Below are positions 48,574 through 59,166 of a DNA stretch of 64,000 nt, piece by piece; the first letter of the stretch is position 1, and the number at the start of each line of letters is the position of its first letter. The stretch is from Nitrospirota bacterium (GTDB taxonomy: Bacteria; Nitrospirota; Nitrospiria; Nitrospirales; Nitrospiraceae). Location: contig CAVUHR010000023.1 of assembly GCA_963741245.1 (NCBI GenBank), positions 91,167 to 155,166 on the forward strand, given 5' to 3'. A model generated the notes under the pieces. It had not been told where the DNA came from. It worked only from the letters and a program-made list of their open reading frames with translations, and searched no databases. The translations under genes were made by a program, and so were the position numbers.

Positions 48574-49271
48574 GTCCTCGTCGCAGGGTACGATTCAACT
48601 CCGTTGGCGGTGCCTACGATGAGCAGGTCTGTTCGTCCGACAAAGAGACCGGTCTCGACGACTCCGGGAATCAGATGCAAGGCGATCTCGAGTTCTCGCG
48701 GGTTGTCGATCCGTGAGAGATGGACATCCAGAATCACATGGCCTGCTTCCGTGTTGAAAGGTGATCCGTTCCGTTCCCTGAGCACCACACGGCTCTGCGT
48801 GAGGGTTTCAATTTCTCGTGCCGTACTTCCCCAGCCGAAGGGGATCACCTCGATTGGGAGCGGGAATGATCCCCCCAGTACGGGGACTCGCTTGGTATGG
48901 TCGACCAAGACGATGAACTGCTTGGCCGAAGCCGCAACAATCTTTTCCTTCAGGAGTGCGCCACCTCCGCCTTTGATGAGATTGAAGCCGGGATCGACCT
49001 GATCTGCCCCGTCGATCGCGACATCGATCACCCAGGCATTATCGGCATCGATGAGGATGATCCCTTGTTGCCTAGCGAGCATGGCCGTTTCCTTCGACGT
49101 GGGCACTCCGCGCAGTGTCATGCCCGCGCGGACCTTTTCCCCCAGCGCGATAACCATGTGCTTAGCCGTTGAGCCAGTCCCGAGGCCAACGACCATCCCG
49201 TCACGGACGAATTCGACGGCTGCTAATGCCGCGGCTTTCTTCAGGCTGTCGAGGTCCTGGTTGCTCATCAT
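48570..49271 (-). CDS. rpiA: Ribose-5-phosphate isomerase A
   Basis: VVGLGTGSTA, IDGADQVD and LIKGGGGALLKEK. The start ATGATG overlaps the glk stop. The longer ORF is an over-extension. Confidence 0.9.
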   Translation of the reverse strand: MMSNQDLDSLKKAAALAAVEFVRDGMVVGLGTGSTAKHMVIALGEKVRAGMTLRGVPTSKETAMLARQQGIILIDADNAWVIDVAIDGADQVDPGFNLIKGGGGALLKEKIVAASAKQFIVLVDHTKRVPVLGGSFPLPIEVIPFGWGSTAREIETLTQSRVVLRERNGSPFNTEAGHVILDVHLSRIDNPRELEIALHLIPGVVETGLFVGRTDLLIVGTANGVESYPATRT

Positions 49272-50341
49272 GACGCGGGGGTATGGGAGAGGGCCGCGGC
49301 GACGGATGCGGCACCGAGTAGGGCGGTTCGCTGATTCATGACCACTTTGACCGGGATCGAACTCATCAATCGTGTATAGCGACCTTTGTTGGTGAATCCC
49401 TTCATGAATGATCCGTCTTTCAGTTTGGCCAGCAACTTCGGTGCGATGCCTCCGCCAAGATACACGCCGTTGAGCGCCATGGTTTTCAGGGCAAGATTGC
49501 CGGCTTCGGCTCCAAAGATGGAGGCGAACAGGTCGAGCGCTTGCTTGGCGATGTCCGCCTGTCCCTTGAGCCCCGCTTCTGCAATCACCGCCGCTGGATC
49601 GCCGGCTTTGATTTGTTCCGAGAGCCACGTCGGTTCATTCTTCTTGCTGTCGCGGACATAGTCATAGATGGCATGCAGACCGGGGCCTGACAACACACGT
49701 TCGTAACTCACATGCAGGTAGTTACTGCGTAGATGGCGCAGCAGTTCAATTTCGTTGTCATTGTTCGGTGCGAAGTCCGCATGACCCCCTTCCGACTGCA
49801 TAGGCTGATAGCGCGATCCGTTCCAGAAGAGGATGGACTCGCCCAGTCCGGTTCCCGCAGCAATCAGGGCAAGCGCCTGGTTGTGTGGTGGAGGAGTGCC
49901 AACGTTGAGGATTTCGATTTCGTCCGGTCGGAGCAAGAGAATCCCGTGTGCCATGGCTTCGAGATCATTGAGCAGCTTCACTCTCGGTATGTCGAAATGT
50001 TTCGCCAACGTTGCGCCATCGATCACCCAGGGGAGATTGGTCGTTTGGCAATGGTTCTGAATGACGGGGCCGGCGACGCCGAAACAGGCCGCATCGATCT
50101 TCAGCGGTTCTACCGCTGAGCGCTCGGGTTCAGGCTCTGCAGCGTCGCTCTTCTCAGTTGGAAATTCGTCGATGGACGTCGCAGGCTTTCGGGGGACGAG
50201 AAATTCAGTGAGCATGTCCTCGAGAGAGGTGTAATCGGCACTGTGAAACGACTCGAATCGGACGGGATCGACGCGATCCTTCTTCCAGTCGAACAGGGCC
50301 AAGTGGGTTTTCGTGCCCCCGATATCGCCGGCAACAATCAT
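49268..50341 (-). CDS. glk: Glucokinase
   Basis: MIVAGDIGGTKTHLALF N-terminal ATP motif, ROK/Glk-like. Confidence 0.85.
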   Translation of the reverse strand: MIVAGDIGGTKTHLALFDWKKDRVDPVRFESFHSADYTSLEDMLTEFLVPRKPATSIDEFPTEKSDAAEPEPERSAVEPLKIDAACFGVAGPVIQNHCQTTNLPWVIDGATLAKHFDIPRVKLLNDLEAMAHGILLLRPDEIEILNVGTPPPHNQALALIAAGTGLGESILFWNGSRYQPMQSEGGHADFAPNNDNEIELLRHLRSNYLHVSYERVLSGPGLHAIYDYVRDSKKNEPTWLSEQIKAGDPAAVIAEAGLKGQADIAKQALDLFASIFGAEAGNLALKTMALNGVYLGGGIAPKLLAKLKDGSFMKGFTNKGRYTRLMSSIPVKVVMNQRTALLGAASVAAALSHTPAS

Positions 50342-50366
50342 CTCGCCCTCATGCGCTCGTCCGCTG

Positions 50367-51122
50367 TTAATGTATCGGAAGCTCGGCTGCCGCAGCTCGG
50401 TCGAGGAACCAGATGAGGCGGCCTTCCTCTGGTGCGACCAGCGATGCAGGGAGTTGTCGTTCCGCCTCTGTCTTCGGATCGAGGATGGCTCTCACGACTC
50501 CCGCTTTGCCAGTTCCTATAGCCAGAAACAGTATCACACTCGCCCGGTTGATCACACCTAGGGTCATGGTCAGCCTGTTGGGTGGATCTTTTGGAGATTG
50601 CGTTGCCGCAATCATTCGTTGGTGGTCCCATAAGATTGGTGCTCCAGGAAACAGAGAGGCCGTATGCCCGTCTTCGCCTAGCCCTAAGAGAATGAGGTCA
50701 AGGGATGGCTGGACCGATGGTGAGGTCTTTGTTGCAAGACGCAACTGCTGTTCATACTCAGAGGCCGCCGCCTGTGGGTCACGGGATTCCCCTGCCATAC
50801 GATAGACCTGTGAGGGAGTAATTCTTAGAGGGGTAAACAGGGTTTTGTCGGCCAAGGCGTAGTTGCTCCGAGGATCATCCGGAGGGACGCAGCGTTCATC
50901 GCTGAAAAAGAAGGTGGTCCGGGACCAATCGAAGCGATCGACGAAGGCGGGAGAGGTCAGGGCTCGGTAGAGGGTTTCCGGCGTCGTGCCGCCGGAGAGG
51001 GCGATGAAGAATCGGCCGTTCGCGCGAACGGCCTCTTTGCCCACTTCCAGTACAAATTCAGCTGCTGCTTCAGCCCATGTTTGGCTGTCGCGGTGGATGC
51101 GAATGTCAGGCACGGCGTGCAT
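50367..51122 (-). CDS. pgl: 6-phosphogluconolactonase
   Basis: FFIALSGGTTPETLY, FFSDERCVPPDDPRSNY and LLGLGEDGHTASLFP. Confidence 0.9.
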   Translation of the reverse strand: MHAVPDIRIHRDSQTWAEAAAEFVLEVGKEAVRANGRFFIALSGGTTPETLYRALTSPAFVDRFDWSRTTFFFSDERCVPPDDPRSNYALADKTLFTPLRITPSQVYRMAGESRDPQAAASEYEQQLRLATKTSPSVQPSLDLILLGLGEDGHTASLFPGAPILWDHQRMIAATQSPKDPPNRLTMTLGVINRASVILFLAIGTGKAGVVRAILDPKTEAERQLPASLVAPEEGRLIWFLDRAAAAELPIH

Positions 51123-51123
51123 C

Positions 51124-52824
51124 CTACTTCTTGCGGGCGCGCCCGCTCCTGCTGCGGCGCATGGTTGGACGCCGAGACGGCATGCGAGGCGCGAGGGACT
51201 TCGTCAGCGCCTGAATCGTCGCGACCGGGTTCTTGCCCAAGGGCAAGACGATGGTCTGTTGACCGTGGGCCTGGAGTGCCTGTATGTCGCCGGCTGCTTG
51301 GGCCTGCGCGAGCGTTCGAAAGGTGAACGGTTTTCCGGGAATGCTGAGATCGGGAATCATCTGATCGACGAACTGTAAGAATAGTCCGCTCCTTGGACCC
51401 CCTTTGTGGAGTTGGCCTGTCGAGTGGAGATAGCGCGGACCATAGCCGGCTGTCGTGGTCACATGGTGATGAGAAACGAGCGTTTTTCGCAGCGAGCGAA
51501 TGGCCTGTTCCATCTTGGAGGATGGTGTCGTATAGGCCAAGATGGCGACGTAGGCACCGGGGCGACCCTGTCGCTTGAGTTGTGCCGCGGTTTGTGTCGC
51601 GGTCGCGGTGGTCTGTTTCGGTAATCGGCCGGTGGACTGAATGGTTTCCAGTACGCGGGCGGTGTTGTCTTTGCTTTCCTGGACGTTCGGTTGATCGAAC
51701 GGGTGAATCCCCAGGAGGTGGCCTGCCACGGCCGTGGCGACTTCCCATCGGAAAAATTCTCCTGCGAGATCGTAACGGTCTTGGAGCGTGAGCGTCAGGA
51801 TTGGATGGCCCTGTCGCACGAGCCCGGCGGTCTGTCGGTCGAGCTGTCTATTCTGATCTCCCTTCAACCGAAGATAAACAAAGAGCCGGTCCGTGCCATA
51901 GGCGGTCGGTGAGACAATCGGTTCATTCGCCACGGGGATGAGACCGGTTCCTTCCTTGCCGGTGCTTTCCGCGAGGAGCTGTTCCGCCCACAGACCAAAT
52001 GTGGCGATTTGCGGGGATGCGATCAAGGTGATCTTGTTGCGTCCTGCTTGAGCCAGTGAGGCCATCGTTGCGCCAAGGTCGGCACCGGGGTTCTGTCCGA
52101 GAGGGGGCTGGATTCGACAGGCCTGGGCCATGACTGTGGCACGTGTGAGCAATCGTGCGAGATCGATCCCCATCAGGGCGGCAGGGACTAATCCAAAATA
52201 GGAGAGGACTGAGTACCGTCCACCGATGTCGGGTGGGTTCGTAAAGATGCGCCAGAACTGATGCTCTGCCGCCAGTTTCTCTAACCCGGTGCCGGGATCG
52301 GTAATGGCAATGAACTGTTCGCTTCCTTGGTGGCCCGGGGTTTGGTGAACGCGTTCCCAAAAGTGGGCAAAGAGGGACATGACTTCGATGGTTCCGCCGG
52401 ATTTGCTGGCGAGGATGAACAGGCTTCGAGCCGGGTCGATCGACTGCGTGACCTGTCGAACCAAGCCTGGAACGGTGGAATCGAGGACCCATAAGCGGGG
52501 GAACCCGTGGGATGACCCAAATGACGCGCGCAGCACTTCCGGTCCCAAGCTGCTGCCACCCATCCCGAGCAGGACCACGTCGCGGATGCCGCGCTTTTTG
52601 GCCGAAGTGGCGAAGGTCCGCAACTCCTCGGTCCGATCTTTCATGTACTCGATGATGGTCAGCCAGCCGAGGCGATTGGCGATGTCGGTGGGATCTTGCT
52701 TCCAGAGTCGATGGTCGCGGGCCCATAGTCGCTCGACCGCATGGGATACGGAGAGCCGTGCACTTGCCGCAGTGACCAGGGATTGAAGTTCCGAGGGAAG
52801 TGATCGATCAGTCTCAAGCGTCAT
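51124..52824 (-). CDS. pgi: Glucose-6-phosphate isomerase
   Basis: SIS-domain motifs VVLLGMGGSSLGPEV and ILASKSGGTIE. ATG 52824 (MTLETDRS) has GGAAGG upstream. Confidence 0.8.
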   Translation of the reverse strand: MTLETDRSLPSELQSLVTAASARLSVSHAVERLWARDHRLWKQDPTDIANRLGWLTIIEYMKDRTEELRTFATSAKKRGIRDVVLLGMGGSSLGPEVLRASFGSSHGFPRLWVLDSTVPGLVRQVTQSIDPARSLFILASKSGGTIEVMSLFAHFWERVHQTPGHQGSEQFIAITDPGTGLEKLAAEHQFWRIFTNPPDIGGRYSVLSYFGLVPAALMGIDLARLLTRATVMAQACRIQPPLGQNPGADLGATMASLAQAGRNKITLIASPQIATFGLWAEQLLAESTGKEGTGLIPVANEPIVSPTAYGTDRLFVYLRLKGDQNRQLDRQTAGLVRQGHPILTLTLQDRYDLAGEFFRWEVATAVAGHLLGIHPFDQPNVQESKDNTARVLETIQSTGRLPKQTTATATQTAAQLKRQGRPGAYVAILAYTTPSSKMEQAIRSLRKTLVSHHHVTTTAGYGPRYLHSTGQLHKGGPRSGLFLQFVDQMIPDLSIPGKPFTFRTLAQAQAAGDIQALQAHGQQTIVLPLGKNPVATIQALTKSLAPRMPSRRPTMRRSRSGRARKK

Positions 52825-53043
52825 GGAAAACCTTCCGAGTATTGTAGATATCGGATGAGAAAAATACAAATAGGAGGTCGCACCTATGGTGTCGTGGTTC
52901 GACGGATGAGAAGGGGAATTTAGATTAGTTGTTTGACGAGGGTCTTAAAATGGACTTGAAACGTATAGAGCAGGGCTGGATCGATGGCGGTGGGTGGAAC
53001 GGTTGACGCATCAGAGACCGGAATGCCGCTGCTTTGCACGAAG

Positions 53044-54192
53044 TCAGCTTTCTTCCCTCTGATCATCGAGCGTCGCCAAGGTCAGCGCCACAGAGTTCTG
53101 TTTGTGTAGCGCGCCCACGATGGTGACCGGCGTCCCCTTCGCGACTCGGTCATAAAGATTGGCCATTTGCTGATTGTCGAGCATGACGCACCCCAACGTT
53201 TGGGCCATCAGTTTGTTCTCAACCCCGTGAATTTCGATTTGTCCCCCGATGGCTCGCGATGCCGGGATCTGTCCCGTCTTCCGGCCGAGCTGGTAGCGTC
53301 GTCGATCATCTTCGTTGGGATAGTCGATGACCAAGGCTCGATAGAACTGAGTCTTCCCCTGCCCGACTTTGCTGTTGATCCGATATCGGCCTTCCGGGGT
53401 GGCGCCGTCTTCCTGGTATTGCTTCTCTCGAATACCATTGAACCCGAGCTGGACTGGGTACGACAATACTGTTTGCCCGTTTCTGTAGAGGGTCAACACT
53501 CGATCCGCCTTGTTGATGACAATCGCCGAGGTTCGGTGAATGCGTGACCAGGTGATGGTGCCCTTGGCCATCTGTTGCCACCGGCTGATTCGAACTCGAT
53601 CGGCGTACCGCCCCAATTCGCTGCTCAGCAAGGCCGCTTGCGTCGCCAGATTCTGCGCAGCCAGGTCAGACGCGTTGAGAGACCGATCGTACCGACCCTG
53701 TTCATAGAACTCATGGGCCTGCTTCATAAGTAGTTCGATTTCATCGGGGTTTTGTCCCAACACAAGCCGACTATCGATGGCACTGCCTTGAAGGGACATC
53801 ATCCGGAATCGATCCTCAACCCGGGCGATCTTGTTTTCGGCTGAGCGGCGGAGCGATTCACGTTCCTTCGTGAGACGGGCGACCGTGCGGGATCCTTCCT
53901 CTTGCAGCCGGCGAAGAGCGACTTCCAGGTCGTTGGGCTCCCACGGCCAACGGATCAGATCTTCGTCGGCCTGGACACGAGCTTTTAGGACCATCCATTG
54001 TTGTGCGAACTGGGTATAGTCGGTGGGCGAGAATTCAGCCGCCCGTAATTCCGTCAAGTCTCGATCGATGCTTTCAACCGCTTCGATCGCGTCTTGAGGC
54101 ACGGCCTCCACGCAGCCAGAGAGGGAACCTACTAGCACCATGGCCCCCCATCCCAAGAACGCCCATGTTACTCGTGGACAATGACTGGACAT
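53044..54192 (-). CDS. L,D-transpeptidase (YkuD-domain) lipoprotein
   Basis: Lipobox GSLSGC. C-terminal catalytic block IEIHG...TLGCVMLDN. Confidence 0.8.
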   Translation of the reverse strand: MSSHCPRVTWAFLGWGAMVLVGSLSGCVEAVPQDAIEAVESIDRDLTELRAAEFSPTDYTQFAQQWMVLKARVQADEDLIRWPWEPNDLEVALRRLQEEGSRTVARLTKERESLRRSAENKIARVEDRFRMMSLQGSAIDSRLVLGQNPDEIELLMKQAHEFYEQGRYDRSLNASDLAAQNLATQAALLSSELGRYADRVRISRWQQMAKGTITWSRIHRTSAIVINKADRVLTLYRNGQTVLSYPVQLGFNGIREKQYQEDGATPEGRYRINSKVGQGKTQFYRALVIDYPNEDDRRRYQLGRKTGQIPASRAIGGQIEIHGVENKLMAQTLGCVMLDNQQMANLYDRVAKGTPVTIVGALHKQNSVALTLATLDDQREES

Positions 54193-54206
54193 ACAGCAAG
54201 TCTACC

Positions 54207-54350
54207 TTACTTCTCCTTCGGCACGGAGGGTTTTCTCTTTTCGATCTCAGCAAGGGCTGTCTCGATTTCGCGAGAAGCGGCCTGACTCCTTACGTGAATG
54301 GTTTTCGCCTTAGTTTGTGCGGTCAGAGAGTCTGCTGTGTCAATTGCCAT
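54207..54350 (-). CDS. Hypothetical small protein (47 aa)
   Basis: MAIDTADSLTAQTKAKTIHVRSQAASREIETALAEIEKRKPSVPKEK, 14 nt upstream of the transpeptidase gene. No motif. Confidence 0.25.
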   Translation of the reverse strand: MAIDTADSLTAQTKAKTIHVRSQAASREIETALAEIEKRKPSVPKEK

Positions 54351-54647
54351 CCGCGGTGCTCTCCCACACAAGATGTCGAGAATGCAATCTAATAATGCGC
54401 AAGGGTAATGCCAGGAACGGCCTAACAAGGGCTAGGAGGAATCTGAGCGGTTGCAACAATTTAGCAATGTGAAAGATTGAACGGCTCAGGGGATTCTGGG
54501 GCAATCTAGTCTGTCAGAGACAAAAGCGCCTCAATACGGAAAAGTTATCAATGGGTTAGAACAGCAGTCCCTTGGGGCCTTTAGCAGGTCGTAGGGAAAC
54601 GATGCCGGCCTTCCTGAAATCCAATAGTCCGTATATCTGAGACAAGC

Positions 54648-54762
54648 CGGTCTGTCTGGTCTATCTGGTTGGTCTGGTGCAACCAAATAAACATGACAAA
54701 ATAAACATGACAAACCAAACAAACCAATTAAACGAGACAGACCAGACTGACCGAACAGACTA
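54648..54762. repeat. Nonamer-array palindrome with an internal 14-nt tandem repeat
   Basis: CGGTCTGTC TGGTCTATC TGGTTGGTC TGGTGCAACC, then AAATAAACATGACA x2, then AACCAAACAAACCAATTAAACGAGACAGACCAGACTGACCGAACAGAC. Confidence 0.8.
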
Positions 54763-54937
54763 CATGAGCAAGACAGGTTGAGGGACTTTTTCACCATTCT
54801 ATTAGAGAGGATGTACCTCATGACGTCCTTTGGTAAGGTCACCGTTCCTGGATGGATACCACGTAGTTTGACAGGGTGCCACCCCGTCCCTATAATGCCC
54901 CTGTTTCCATGAATGTTCTTAGGCAAGGAGTGATTGC

Positions 54938-55075
54938 ATGTCGTTTACATCTCAGCAGCCATCAAACCTCAAGAAAAAGCGTGAACATGGGTTCCGTAAG
55001 CGGATGAGTACGAAGAATGGCCGGAAGGTCTTGGCTCGTCGTCGCGCAAAGGGGCGGGCCCGCTTAACCGTATAG
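54938..55075 (+). CDS. rpmH: 50S ribosomal protein L34
   Basis: Below the ORF-track cutoff; translated manually as [54 protein letters not shown]. Confidence 0.95.
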   Translation: MSFTSQQPSNLKKKREHGFRKRMSTKNGRKVLARRRAKGRARLTV

Positions 55076-55236
55076 GTCGAGCGACGCTGACTAGGGCTGC
55101 ACGAAGGAATCTTTGCCCTCCGTTATGTGCCCCAGACAAGGTAGCTCCCAACACAGGATGACGGTATCTGGTCAGGACCGAGTCCGGAGATCTGGGCTTG
55201 AAGTGGAAGTCCTGTGCAAGCTGGCCCTCTTCTATA

Positions 55237-55608
55237 ATGATGACGATGTCGCAGGGTGGAGGTGACAGGGATCTGTTCCTGAGACGCAGCCGCGACATCG
55301 AGTATGCCAAGGAGCACGGCAGTCGCATCTCGACCGCCCTATTTAATGTCGTGATTTGCCGGACTGACGTGAGTGGAAGCCGGGTCGGTATTGTGGTGGG
55401 GAAGCGATTTGGGGGAGCCGTCAGCCGAAATCGGGTGAAGCGCCTGTTTCGGGAGCTCACGCGGCAACTGCGCGGTCAATTGCTCCCTGGACACATCCTT
55501 GTGGTCTTCCCCAAACGGGATTCGATTGCGCAACCCTTTGCCGTCTTGAAAGAGGTGTGGTTGTCGGCGCTCCAGCGTCAACGGCTGCTTCGTATCCATG
55601 AGGACTAG
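55237..55608 (+). CDS. rnpA: Ribonuclease P protein component
   Basis: LRRSRDIEY...GIVVGKRFGGAVSRNRVKRLFRE, directly after rpmH. Exact start uncertain (55198-55246). Confidence 0.85.
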   Translation: MMTMSQGGGDRDLFLRRSRDIEYAKEHGSRISTALFNVVICRTDVSGSRVGIVVGKRFGGAVSRNRVKRLFRELTRQLRGQLLPGHILVVFPKRDSIAQPFAVLKEVWLSALQRQRLLRIHED

Positions 55609-55617
55609 CTTGCGCCA

Positions 55618-55815
55618 GTGGTGTCTGACTCTGCTCGCCGGTTATCCTATTGGATCTCGGCTTTCCTAGGAGCCTGTTCTACTGAGCCGACCTGCTCTGA
55701 ATATGAGCGGGCCGCGATCAGCCGGTATGGGGTGCTGTGTGGACGCAAGCTTGTGATCTGCCGACTGCTGATCTATTACCCAATTGATCCTGGAGGAATG
55801 GATCCTGTGAAGTAG
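55618..55815 (+). CDS. yidD: Membrane protein insertion efficiency factor YidD
   Basis: GTG start. ISAFLGACSTEPTCSEY...DPGGMDPV fits the YidD pattern. The usual CHP motif is replaced by YYP. Confidence 0.7.
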   Translation: MVSDSARRLSYWISAFLGACSTEPTCSEYERAAISRYGVLCGRKLVICRLLIYYPIDPGGMDPVK

Positions 55816-55857
55816 TAGGGTCACAATTTTTCACATCGGGGTAGCGGCTTATTTATT

Positions 55858-57558
55858 ATGGACAAACGCGTTGTCATCTTTCTCGTTCTGTCGTTAGCGA
55901 TCATCCTGGGATTTGATTTCCTCCTCAAGCAGATGGGGTGGCTCCCTGAGCCGCATCCTGCTCAGGACGTCGCTGTCCCGGGCCCCTCCTCCACGGAGCG
56001 AGAGCCAACTCCCGCCCCCGTGACAGGCAAGGACAGCGGTTCGACCGGTCTGAGCCTCCCAACACAATCGGGTCATAAGTCCAACGCCCCCTTGTCGGAT
56101 ATTTCGCCACCAGCATCGGAACAAACGGTGACGGTTGAAACGGATCTGGTTCGAGCCGAATTGTCGAATCGTGGTGGGGTGATTCGAAGTTGGGAGCTGA
56201 AGCGATACCATTTGGCGTCCCCAGAAAAGAAGCCGGTGCAACTCGTTTATCAAGAGGGGAAGTTCAGAGGCCCACTCTCGATTACGGTGGCGAATGCCGA
56301 TATCGACAAGACGATTCGAGAAGGCCTCTATAATATTGAGAAAGATTTCACGAGTCTCGATGCCGCTCATCCTGTCGGGCATGTCACGATGCAGTTCCAC
56401 GATCCAGCCACCCATCTCGGCGTGGAGAAACGGCTGACCTTTCATCACGATAGTTATGTGGTGGATGTATCGGTCGACTTGGAGGGGGTGAACGAACCCT
56501 ATGATGTCGGGTTGGGGACGAACTTCGGAATCGTGGAATGGGGTAGTGGGTTCATCGGTGTGATCGGATCTGCCTGGCGGGTAGATGACAAAATAGAAAA
56601 AGAGACGCCAGAGAAAGAGCTTGAGCGGAAGGGGGTGGTTCAGTGGGTCGCATTGCACGATAAGTACTTTGTATCGGTATTGATGCCGAAACAGGGTGCG
56701 GCTGCGGTGGCCAAGAACGAAGGCGAGAAGATCGTGTCGGCTGGGGTGCGGATGGCCGCGTCCGGAGTCGCGTCCTCGGTTGCTCTTCAGCTGTATGCAG
56801 GCCCGAAGGAATACGACTCGCTCCGCTCGCTGAACGTGCGACTTGATGAGTTGATCGATTTCGGATTCTTCATCTTCGGCAGTTGGACTGTTGTGAAGTC
56901 GGTCGCGAAGCCGATCTTTTATGTGCTGCGATTCATCCATGGCTATGTCTATAACTATGGGGTCACCATCATCCTGCTGACGGTGGCGATCAAGCTGTTA
57001 TTTGCGCCGTTGCAATACAAGAGCTACAAGTCGATGAAAATGATGCGGCTGATCCAACCCAAGATTGCTGCAGTCCAGGAGAAATACAAGGGTGACCGCG
57101 ACCGTCTGAACAAGGAGTTAATGAAGCTGTATAAGGATCAGAAAGTGAATCCGCTGGGCGGCTTTCTCCCGATGATCCTGCAGATGCCGGTCTTCGTGGC
57201 CCTGTTCAATGTCCTCTACACGACGATTGATTTGCGCCAAGCCCCTTTCATGCTCTGGATTACCGATTTGTCGGTGCAGGATCCCTACTATGTGTTGCCG
57301 GTTATCATGGGGGTGACGATGTTTATCCAACAGAAAATCACGCCCACCACGATGGATCCGACACAGGCGAAGATCATGTTGGTGCTCCCGGTGGGCATGA
57401 CATTCCTGTTCGTAAATTTTCCTGCGGGCCTTGTGTTGTATTGGGTGACGAACAATACCCTGACCATCTCTCAGCAATTTATCACGGATCGATTTGTGTT
57501 TCGCAACAAGGCACTCGTCTCGGGAGGGGCCGAGCAGAGCGGCAGCACGAACGCATAG
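55858..57558 (+). CDS. yidC: Membrane protein insertase YidC
   Basis: 566 aa with N-terminal anchor, periplasmic domain and conserved C-terminal 5-TM core (GGFLPMILQMPVFVALF, NFPAGLVLYWVTNN). Confidence 0.95.
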   Translation: MDKRVVIFLVLSLAIILGFDFLLKQMGWLPEPHPAQDVAVPGPSSTEREPTPAPVTGKDSGSTGLSLPTQSGHKSNAPLSDISPPASEQTVTVETDLVRAELSNRGGVIRSWELKRYHLASPEKKPVQLVYQEGKFRGPLSITVANADIDKTIREGLYNIEKDFTSLDAAHPVGHVTMQFHDPATHLGVEKRLTFHHDSYVVDVSVDLEGVNEPYDVGLGTNFGIVEWGSGFIGVIGSAWRVDDKIEKETPEKELERKGVVQWVALHDKYFVSVLMPKQGAAAVAKNEGEKIVSAGVRMAASGVASSVALQLYAGPKEYDSLRSLNVRLDELIDFGFFIFGSWTVVKSVAKPIFYVLRFIHGYVYNYGVTIILLTVAIKLLFAPLQYKSYKSMKMMRLIQPKIAAVQEKYKGDRDRLNKELMKLYKDQKVNPLGGFLPMILQMPVFVALFNVLYTTIDLRQAPFMLWITDLSVQDPYYVLPVIMGVTMFIQQKITPTTMDPTQAKIMLVLPVGMTFLFVNFPAGLVLYWVTNNTLTISQQFITDRFVFRNKALVSGGAEQSGSTNA

Positions 57559-57725
57559 GCGCCTCTCGGCACGCTGCCCGCTACAGACAGGCCCGCTGGC
57601 GGTGACGCGAGATGGGGGAGTCCAATCCGTCCACGTCGCGCCTTTCTCGCCTGTCGCGCGCGTCACGCGCCTCGGTGCGTGGCGCAGGCGGACTTTTTCA
57701 GCATCCTGCCAGTGAAAGAGGCGTC

Positions 57726-59153
57726 ATGCATGGCGGACTCGAAGACACGATCTGTGCCATTGCCACCCCCATAGGGGAAGGTGGCATTGGGATCGTTCGT
57801 CTGAGTGGCCCTCAGGCGCTTGTCGTCGCTTCCCAAGTTGTTCGGCTGCGGTCTGGTGCTCCCCTCTCATCGGTTCCCTCTCATACGCTGCATCTTGCCG
57901 ATCTTGTGATTCCCACATCGGACAAGCGGGAAGAGGCGAGAGTCGTACATAAACGCCCGCCTGTATCGGGCCTGCTCGACGAGGCGCTGGTGGTCTATAT
58001 GAAGGCTCCGCGGTCATTTACGGCAGAGGATGTGGTCGAAATTCAGTCTCATGGCGGGGCGTTGGTACTCGAAATGGTCTGCAAGGTATGTATTGAGTCC
58101 GGTGCAAGGATGGCGGAGCCGGGAGAGTTTACGAAACGCGCCTTCCTCAACGGACGGTTAGATCTCTCCCAGGCGGAAGCGGTACTCGATACAATCAGGG
58201 CCACATCATCCGCGGGATTGAATGTCGCGCAACGCCAGCTACGAGGTGATCTCGCTCGTGAGGTGGAACAGGCTCGGACTTCCCTCCTGACGGTGTTGGC
58301 CCATGTGGAGGCGGGGATCGACTTTGTGGACGAAGATATTTCCTTTCTTCAACGCGATGAACTGGTGCGTATCCTGAGGGAGGCGTGCGCAGTGGTTCAG
58401 AAACTTGAAGCGACTGCACAGGATGGGCGGATCTTACGGGAAGGGGCGCGTGTCGTCATTCTTGGCCGAGCAAATGTCGGCAAGTCCAGCTTGTTGAACC
58501 GTTTCCTGAGGGAGGAGCGGGCCATTGTGACGGCCATTCCTGGGACGACGAGGGATGTGATTGAGGAATCCATCGATCTTGACGGGGTAAGAATTCGTTT
58601 GGTTGATACGGCAGGAGTGCGGGAAACGGAAGATATCGTCGAGCAGGAAGGGATCAAGCGGACGCGTGCCGCGCAGGATGACGCGGACCTCTTGGTAGTG
58701 GTGGTGGATGGGAGTGTGCCCCTCACGAGCGATGATCGAGAACTCTTGAGTGCGGTCAGAGATCGCAAGCACGTGGTGCTGCTGAATAAGGCGGATCTTG
58801 CCGATATGGCGGAAACGGATGCCGCGCTTGCGGGGCATCTGCTGTATGTTATTTCGGCGAAGACAGGTTTGGGGGTTGAGATGGTGAAATCGGCTCTTCG
58901 CGATCAGCTGGTGTCCGGGGGCTTTGAGGCAACTGAGGGCGTCATGGTAACGAACGTGCGACATCGGGACGCATTGCGCCGGGCTGGTGAATCCTTGGGC
59001 CAGGCCCTTGAGTCCGTGCAGTGCGGGTTGGCTGGGGAGCTTGTCTCAATCGATGTACGCGCCGCAGCTGACGCGCTCGGAGAAATTACAGGTGCCATTA
59101 CGACGGACGAGATTCTTGGTCGGATCTTTTCAGAATTCTGTATCGGCAAATAG
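57726..59153 (+). CDS. mnmE: tRNA modification GTPase MnmE
   Basis: [34 protein letters not shown] and C-terminal FCIGK. ATG 57726. Confidence 0.95.
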   Translation: MHGGLEDTICAIATPIGEGGIGIVRLSGPQALVVASQVVRLRSGAPLSSVPSHTLHLADLVIPTSDKREEARVVHKRPPVSGLLDEALVVYMKAPRSFTAEDVVEIQSHGGALVLEMVCKVCIESGARMAEPGEFTKRAFLNGRLDLSQAEAVLDTIRATSSAGLNVAQRQLRGDLAREVEQARTSLLTVLAHVEAGIDFVDEDISFLQRDELVRILREACAVVQKLEATAQDGRILREGARVVILGRANVGKSSLLNRFLREERAIVTAIPGTTRDVIEESIDLDGVRIRLVDTAGVRETEDIVEQEGIKRTRAAQDDADLLVVVVDGSVPLTSDDRELLSAVRDRKHVVLLNKADLADMAETDAALAGHLLYVISAKTGLGVEMVKSALRDQLVSGGFEATEGVMVTNVRHRDALRRAGESLGQALESVQCGLAGELVSIDVRAAADALGEITGAITTDEILGRIFSEFCIGK

Positions 59154-59166
59154 AAACAGGTTGAAC

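Noticed and set aside
54430-54937. Possible oriC or DnaA-box cluster upstream of rpmH.
   Set aside because: I could not find TTATCCACA-type boxes, and no dnaA is adjacent. The region is dominated by the nonamer palindrome.
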